Positions 58,930 through 64,000 of a DNA stretch of 64,000 nt are shown here, piece by piece (the stretch's first letter is position 1; the number at the start of each line of letters is the position of its first letter). The position numbers and the translations under genes are program-made. Source of the DNA: a bacterium (GTDB lineage Bacteria; Oederibacteriota; PGYV01; Palsa-1178). The stretch is from assembly GCA_037138355.1 (NCBI GenBank), contig JBAXIL010000001.1, forward strand, positions 1 through 64,000, written 5' to 3'. Below the pieces are notes generated by a model. The model did not search any database and was not told the DNA's origin. It saw nothing but the letters and a program-made list of their open reading frames with translations.

Positions 58930-59348
58930 CAGATGGCTGGATAGATGACCGGTATTGTTTCGCCTGTGGAGAAAAGAATCCTATAGGTATGCATCTTCAT
59001 TTTGTTTTGACTGATGAAGGTATAGAAGCAAAATATGCATTCCCAAAGGAACTGCAGGGATATTCTGGTATAGTCCATGGAGGAATGATATCTTTACTTT
59101 TAGACGAAGTTATGGTAAATTTACCGTGGCTTAAATTGAAACAACCAGTAGTTTCTGCGGATATTCGAATTAAGTTTATAAAACCTTTAAAAATAGGCGA
59201 AATTGTTGTTGCCAAAGCTTTTATAGAAAAGCAGAAGAAAAATATTTTTTGGGTTAAAAGTGTGCTTATTAGAGAACGAGATGGTGTAAAAGTGGCAGAA
59301 GCGGAAGCTGTCTGCGTGCAGGTGAGTCTTGAACAGATGAATGCCTGA
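58926..59348 (+). CDS. PaaI family hot-dog thioesterase
   Basis: CFACGEKNPIG and VHGGMISLLLDE motifs. Confidence 0.9.
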   Translation: MTDGWIDDRYCFACGEKNPIGMHLHFVLTDEGIEAKYAFPKELQGYSGIVHGGMISLLLDEVMVNLPWLKLKQPVVSADIRIKFIKPLKIGEIVVAKAFIEKQKKNIFWVKSVLIRERDGVKVAEAEAVCVQVSLEQMNA

Positions 59349-59394
59349 AGCAATATAAAAAAAATTAACATAAAAAAATTCGGAGGTTTTACTG

Positions 59395-59487
59395 ATGGGA
59401 AGCGGAAAGAAAAGACATAAATGGAAAATTAAGACGCATAAGAGAAAAAAACACAGAAGAGTAAATAGATTTAAAGCTGGTAAATAG
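59395..59487 (+). CDS. Small basic ribosomal protein bS22-like (AURKAIP1/COX24 family), 30 aa
   Basis: GGAGG RBS at 59382-59386; translates MGSGKKRHKWKIKTHKRKKHRRVNRFKAGK; below the ORF-track size cutoff. Confidence 0.8.
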   Translation: MGSGKKRHKWKIKTHKRKKHRRVNRFKAGK

Positions 59488-59519
59488 AACTTAATAGATA
59501 AAGAATAACGGAGGATTTT

Positions 59520-60272
59520 ATGTCAGGACATTCAAAATGGGCGACCATTAAACGCAAGAAAGCCCTTACTGATTCAAAGAGGGGCGCTTCGTTTACTAAA
59601 ATAATCAGAGAAATAATCGTTGCGGCAAAATCTGGCGGTGATCCAAATGCTAATGCCAGATTAAGAACGGTTATTGAAAAGGCAAAAGCGGTTAATATGC
59701 CTTCTGATAACATTAAAAAGGCAATACAAAAAGGAACTGGCGAACTTCCAGGCGTAAATTATGAAGAAATAATGTATGAAGGCTATGGTCCAGGCGGAGT
59801 CGCTTTAATAATTAATATTACAACTGATAATAGAAATAGATCTGCTGCTGATTTAAGGGCTATACTTGCCAAATGCATGGGTTCTATGGCTGCTCCAGGC
59901 GCGACAGCGTGGCAGTTTGACCAGAAAGGTTTTATTTCAGTACCAAAAGAAGCTATTGATGAAGACAGCTTAATGGAAGTAGCACTTGAAGCTGGTGCTT
60001 CTGATATTAAAAACGAAGAAGAATCTTATGACATAGTAACTGAAGTTTCTGATTTTGAAAAAGTTAAAAAAGCACTTGAAGCAAAAAGCGTAAAGTTTAC
60101 TGTGGCAGAAATTACTATGGTGCCTAAGAATTATGTAAAGCTTAATGGCAAGGATGCTGAGCGTATGCTCAAGCTTATGGAAGCACTTGAGGAACATGAA
60201 GATACTTCAAATGTGTATGCGAATTTTGATATACCAAAAGAAGTAATGGATAAAATTAGTTCTGAAGAATAA
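59520..60272 (+). CDS. yebC: YebC/PmpR family protein
   Basis: MSGHSKWATIK, YEGYGPGG, TDNRNR and VYAN motifs. Confidence 0.97.
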   Translation: MSGHSKWATIKRKKALTDSKRGASFTKIIREIIVAAKSGGDPNANARLRTVIEKAKAVNMPSDNIKKAIQKGTGELPGVNYEEIMYEGYGPGGVALIINITTDNRNRSAADLRAILAKCMGSMAAPGATAWQFDQKGFISVPKEAIDEDSLMEVALEAGASDIKNEEESYDIVTEVSDFEKVKKALEAKSVKFTVAEITMVPKNYVKLNGKDAERMLKLMEALEEHEDTSNVYANFDIPKEVMDKISSEE

Positions 60273-60293
60273 ATGGAAAACAATATATGATTA

Positions 60294-60317
60294 AAAGGGC
60301 GGAGCAATCCGCCCTTT
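60294..60317 (+). terminator. Rho-independent terminator after yebC
   Basis: AAAGGGCGGA-gcaa-TCCGCCCTTT. Confidence 0.75.
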
Positions 60318-60361
60318 GTCACAAATAAAGGATTTTGTTAGTAGAATGAGGCGAATATAAC

Positions 60362-61279
60362 ATGGAAAACTTACCTTACAATTCACTGAGAAAATACTAT
60401 GCTGAAAAATATACACAAAGAGTTCAAAAAATAACTGTATCTCTACCTTTTACATGTCCACATATGGCACAAGATGGTACAGGTGGATGCACTTATTGTC
60501 ACCAAGGAAGTATTCCTAACTTAAACGATTCAAAACTTCCTATGCAACAACAGGTAATTACAGGAATTACTGCTGCACAAAAGCGCTACGGACTGAATAC
60601 CAAATATATAATATATTTTCAAACACATACAAATACCAATGCTACAATTGCAACCCTGAAGAAGATATATGATGAGGCATTAGGTTTTGAAAATGTAATA
60701 GGTTTAGGAATTGGTACAAGACCTGATTGCGTTGATAATGATGTACTTAACTTGCTCAATCAATATTGTGATTCGGGCCATGAAGTTTGGATTGAACTTG
60801 GTTTGCAGTCAGCTAATAATGCTACCTTAAAAATAATAAACCGAGGTCATACGGTAGAAGATTTTATTGATGCTGTTTTACGCGCGAAAAAAACAAAGCT
60901 AAAAATAACAGCACATATGATTATAGGCCTGCCTGGAGAAAAAAAAGAGGATTTTATGAAAACTGCCAAGCTGATTGCTTCGCTTGGGGTACACGCAATT
61001 AAGATTCATCCTTTACATGTTATGGAAGGAACAGTTCTTGGAGATAACTACAAAAAACAGCAATTTGAAACACTTCACCTTGATGATTATATAGAAGCAC
61101 TTGCTGACATTATTGAAATATTGCCGCCTGATATGATAGTAATGCGATATACTGCTGAGGCCATAGACAGTCATTTGTTGGCTCCAAATTATTGCAGACC
61201 TGAGTATAAAATAGTATTAAAACAGATGTTGATTGCAGAACTTCTAAAAAGAGAGTCAAAACAGGGCTCAAAGTTATGA
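60362..61279 (+). CDS. TIGR01212/YhcC family radical SAM protein
   Basis: FTCP...GGCTYC, YFQTHTNT, GTRPDC, ELGLQS and INRGH motifs. Confidence 0.92.
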   Translation: MENLPYNSLRKYYAEKYTQRVQKITVSLPFTCPHMAQDGTGGCTYCHQGSIPNLNDSKLPMQQQVITGITAAQKRYGLNTKYIIYFQTHTNTNATIATLKKIYDEALGFENVIGLGIGTRPDCVDNDVLNLLNQYCDSGHEVWIELGLQSANNATLKIINRGHTVEDFIDAVLRAKKTKLKITAHMIIGLPGEKKEDFMKTAKLIASLGVHAIKIHPLHVMEGTVLGDNYKKQQFETLHLDDYIEALADIIEILPPDMIVMRYTAEAIDSHLLAPNYCRPEYKIVLKQMLIAELLKRESKQGSKL

Positions 61280-61353
61280 TACAATAATATATGGAACATG
61301 TTGTAGTTGACATGCGTCTAAATATAGACATCGATTAATCAAAAGGGGGTTTT

Positions 61354-62643
61354 ATGAAAAAAATCATTGTTATGTTCATCTGGGTGGTACTTGTGGTCAG
61401 TTCTTTGCAGGCAAATGCACAACAATTATCGTGGAAGTTCTGTGTTAGCGAGGCTTTAGTAAGTAATTATTTATTAATATCTGCTCAAGAAAAATTGAAT
61501 CAGGCAAAAGCGCAGAGCTGGTCAGCAGCAGCGGCTGCACTTCCACAAATATCAATTTCTGCTTCTGCTTCAGATAGCGGAAGTGAACCAAGCTTGGATT
61601 CTCTTCCTTATACAGGAAATACAAAATCGCAGAATTATGCATATGGTTTGAATGTCAGACAGCTTGTCTTTGATGGATTTAAGAATACCCACGACATAAT
61701 GAAATCCTCAGAAGATGTAAAATCTGCAGAATTAAATTACAAAATTACTTCAGCTCAAGTCAGATATAATTTAAAGCTTGCTTATGTAGGTTTAATGAAA
61801 GCGCAGGAAATGGTCACAATCACAGGTCAAATATTAAATTTGAGAAAAAAACAATACGAAGATGTGAAACTAAGATATACCGCTGGTAGGGAAAATAAGG
61901 GAGCTGTATTAAGTTCAGAAGCAGATTTTAAGGAGTCTGAATTTGAAGTAGCTCAAGCAGCTCGTTCGCTTGAACTCGCAAAACAAATTCTGTCAACAGC
62001 ACTTGGAAGGGATATAAACTCAGATATTTCTGTAACTCTGGATTATACACTTAAGGAAACTCTGTCTGTAGATCCGGATTTTGAAGCATTGCTTAATAAT
62101 AATATGAATTATTTACTACTTATGTCACAACGCAAGGCAGCAGAATTTTCTTTGAATTCATCTTTGGGAGCATGTTTTCCTCAAGTCACATTTAGCGGAA
62201 GCCTTGGCAGGAGTGCTAAAACGCTTGAAATTAATAATACCAGTTGGTCTTTGGGTTTAAATGTTTCATATTCATTATTTGATGGAGGAAAGCTTGCCGC
62301 TCAGTCAGCAGCTTCACTTGCAGCATTAAGACAGGCAAAGGCAGACGAGAAGTCTGGCATGTATTCTGGTTTAAATACGATTAAAACAATTTGGTATGAT
62401 TTTAAAGATGCCTATCTAAATCTTAATGTACAACAGAAGTATTTTGAAGCCAGTCAAGAAAGAGCAACAATAGCAGATGCCCAGTACTCAACAGGATTAA
62501 TTGATTTTAATAATTGGACAATAATTCAAAACAGTCTTGTGAGTTCTCAGAAGTCTATAATTTCATCACAAACAGACTTATTAAATGCAGAAGCTGCCTG
62601 GGTACAGGTTAAGGGAGGAACATTAGAAAATGAAACTAAATAA
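61354..62643 (+). CDS. TolC family outer-membrane efflux protein
   Basis: Signal peptide; LPQIS, QLVFDG and YSLFDGG motifs; precedes adaptor and ABC genes. Confidence 0.9.
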   Translation: MKKIIVMFIWVVLVVSSLQANAQQLSWKFCVSEALVSNYLLISAQEKLNQAKAQSWSAAAAALPQISISASASDSGSEPSLDSLPYTGNTKSQNYAYGLNVRQLVFDGFKNTHDIMKSSEDVKSAELNYKITSAQVRYNLKLAYVGLMKAQEMVTITGQILNLRKKQYEDVKLRYTAGRENKGAVLSSEADFKESEFEVAQAARSLELAKQILSTALGRDINSDISVTLDYTLKETLSVDPDFEALLNNNMNYLLLMSQRKAAEFSLNSSLGACFPQVTFSGSLGRSAKTLEINNTSWSLGLNVSYSLFDGGKLAAQSAASLAALRQAKADEKSGMYSGLNTIKTIWYDFKDAYLNLNVQQKYFEASQERATIADAQYSTGLIDFNNWTIIQNSLVSSQKSIISSQTDLLNAEAAWVQVKGGTLENETK

Positions 62644-63607
62644 ACTTTTATGGGTAGTAGTTCTTTTACTGGCTGTGGTAATTGTATTAATGTTTGTAAT
62701 TCCTAAAAAAACAACAGCAGTTGATCAGAAATATACTGTAACAAAGGGTTCAATAAAAATATTTGTTAGTACCACGGGGACAGTATTGCCGCAGAACCGA
62801 CTTGAAATAAAACCGCCATTGGCAGGAAGAATAGAGAGTATTTTGGTCGTGGAAGGACAGCATGTAAAGAAAGGGCAGACTCTTGCTTACATGAGTTCTT
62901 CAGATAGAGCAGCCTTGTTAGATGCAGCACGCGGGCAGGGCATACAAAAATTGAAACAATGGGAAGATACATATAAACCAATACCATTAATTGCACCTAT
63001 TGATGGCGAGGTAATTGTGAGGGCTGTAGAACCAGGACAGAGTGTGACAGCTTCTGATCCAGTTTTGGTTTTGTCAGATAGACTTATTATACAAGCGCAG
63101 GTAGATGAAACAGATATTGGAAAAATACAGCTTGGTCAAAAAGCAATGATTGTTTTGGATGCATATTCTGACCAGACCATAGAAGGTTTAGTTGACCATG
63201 TATATTACGAGTCAAAAACAGTTAACAATGTAACTATGTATAATGTCGATATACTCCCTAATAAAGTGCCAGATTTTTTCCGTTCAGGTATGAGTGCAAA
63301 TATAGATGTAATAAGACAATTTAAAGATAATATATTGATATTGCCTGTTGTTGCCATAAAGAAGTTTAATGATAAAAGTTTTGTTTTTGTTAATGTTGCA
63401 GGACAAGAAAAAGCAGAAAAAAGAGAAGTAATTACTGGCATTAGCGACGATGATAATATGGAAATAACTGCTGGGCTAAATGAATCAGATATAGTTGTAG
63501 TATCAAAACAAAATTATTTTATTGAAAAAGCATCAACTAAGCAAGTAAATCCATTCATGCCACAAAGACCACAGAGAACCAGTGTTGGTGGCGGACGCGC
63601 ACATTAA
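62630..63607 (+). CDS. MacA-like periplasmic adaptor (MFP)
   Basis: GRIESILVVEGQHVKKGQ, APIDGEV, VDETDIGKI and SGMSA motifs. Confidence 0.92.
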   Translation: MKLNKLLWVVVLLLAVVIVLMFVIPKKTTAVDQKYTVTKGSIKIFVSTTGTVLPQNRLEIKPPLAGRIESILVVEGQHVKKGQTLAYMSSSDRAALLDAARGQGIQKLKQWEDTYKPIPLIAPIDGEVIVRAVEPGQSVTASDPVLVLSDRLIIQAQVDETDIGKIQLGQKAMIVLDAYSDQTIEGLVDHVYYESKTVNNVTMYNVDILPNKVPDFFRSGMSANIDVIRQFKDNILILPVVAIKKFNDKSFVFVNVAGQEKAEKREVITGISDDDNMEITAGLNESDIVVVSKQNYFIEKASTKQVNPFMPQRPQRTSVGGGRAH

Positions 63608-63668
63608 GTAACTTATTTAATTTTAATTTATATATATTATAATATTATGAAAAAAAGAAAGGCAAAAA

Positions 63669-64000
63669 ATGAAAATAATTAGTATAAGAAATCTCAGTAA
63701 AACATATAATACAGGTAAGGTGAGTTTTAAAGCATTAGATAATGTGTCTTTAGATGTAGAGGCAGGTGAGTTTTTGGCGATTATGGGACCCTCAGGTTCT
63801 GGAAAATCAACACTCATGCATCTTATGGGCTTTTTGGATTCTCCCGATTCTGGTTCGTATTCATTAAATGGTATCGAAACAGCTAAATTGCCAGATGATG
63901 AATATGCTCAGCTACGATCAGGGTTTATTGGTTTTGTTTTCCAACAGTTTCATTTATTACCAAGAGAAACAACAGTAGAAAATGTAGAACTTCCTTTGAT
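63669..64000 (+). CDS. MacB/LolD-type ABC transporter ATP-binding protein (3'-truncated by window end)
   Basis: ATG 63669: MKIISIRNLSKTY...ALDNVSL...GPSGSGKSTL...IGFVFQQFHLL, open to the window end. Confidence 0.93.
   Translation, partial: MKIISIRNLSKTYNTGKVSFKALDNVSLDVEAGEFLAIMGPSGSGKSTLMHLMGFLDSPDSGSYSLNGIETAKLPDDEYAQLRSGFIGFVFQQFHLLPRETTVENVELPL

Noticed and set aside
1285..63817. Numerous 60-150 aa alternative-frame and antisense ORFs in the ORF track (e.g. 1285..1695, 24995..25405, 50351..50800, 54065..54514)
   Set aside because: They lie within well-supported genes, lack RBS and motifs, and look like shadow ORFs.
1..64000. tRNA, rRNA, IS elements, prophage and defence systems
   Set aside because: No cloverleafs, rRNA-like tracts, transposase, integrase or nuclease motifs recognised; nearly all sequence is accounted for by CDS.

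Overview
AT-rich bacterial chromosome segment with about 55 CDS, almost all on the + strand. It comes from a flagellated diderm: it has lnt, LPS genes, flgH/flgI and a TolC-family gene. Protein style suggests an uncultured FCB-adjacent lineage such as Ca. Goldiibacteriota; this is inference only. (1) 1-14.2 kb is a glycan-utilisation-like locus with no SusC/SusD. It holds two tandem SLH-like/coiled-coil/beta-barrel outer-membrane proteins, a CBM9-like protein, three CBM11-like lipoproteins, secreted Thr-rich proteins with T9SS-type C-terminal domains, a TPR/TolB-like lipoprotein and a LacI regulator. (2) 14.3-33 kb is a divergent type IX secretion-like cluster: waaL-like, GT9, an FN3-extended SprA, a poly-FN3 protein and two PorV-family fusions. 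It is interrupted by mutL-miaA and a candidate structured RNA. (3) 33-41 kb is flgFGAHIJ-flgMNK with a sigma-28 promoter and no adjacent flgL. (4) 41-64 kb is mostly housekeeping genes, plus an ECF/anti-sigma/Spy operon, a GC-richer alginate-lyase-family lipoprotein, an unannotated 30-aa bS22-like ribosomal protein and a TolC-MacA-MacB-like efflux operon running off the end. I recognised no rRNA, tRNA, CRISPR array or mobile element. All family calls come from motif recognition by eye, not database searches.
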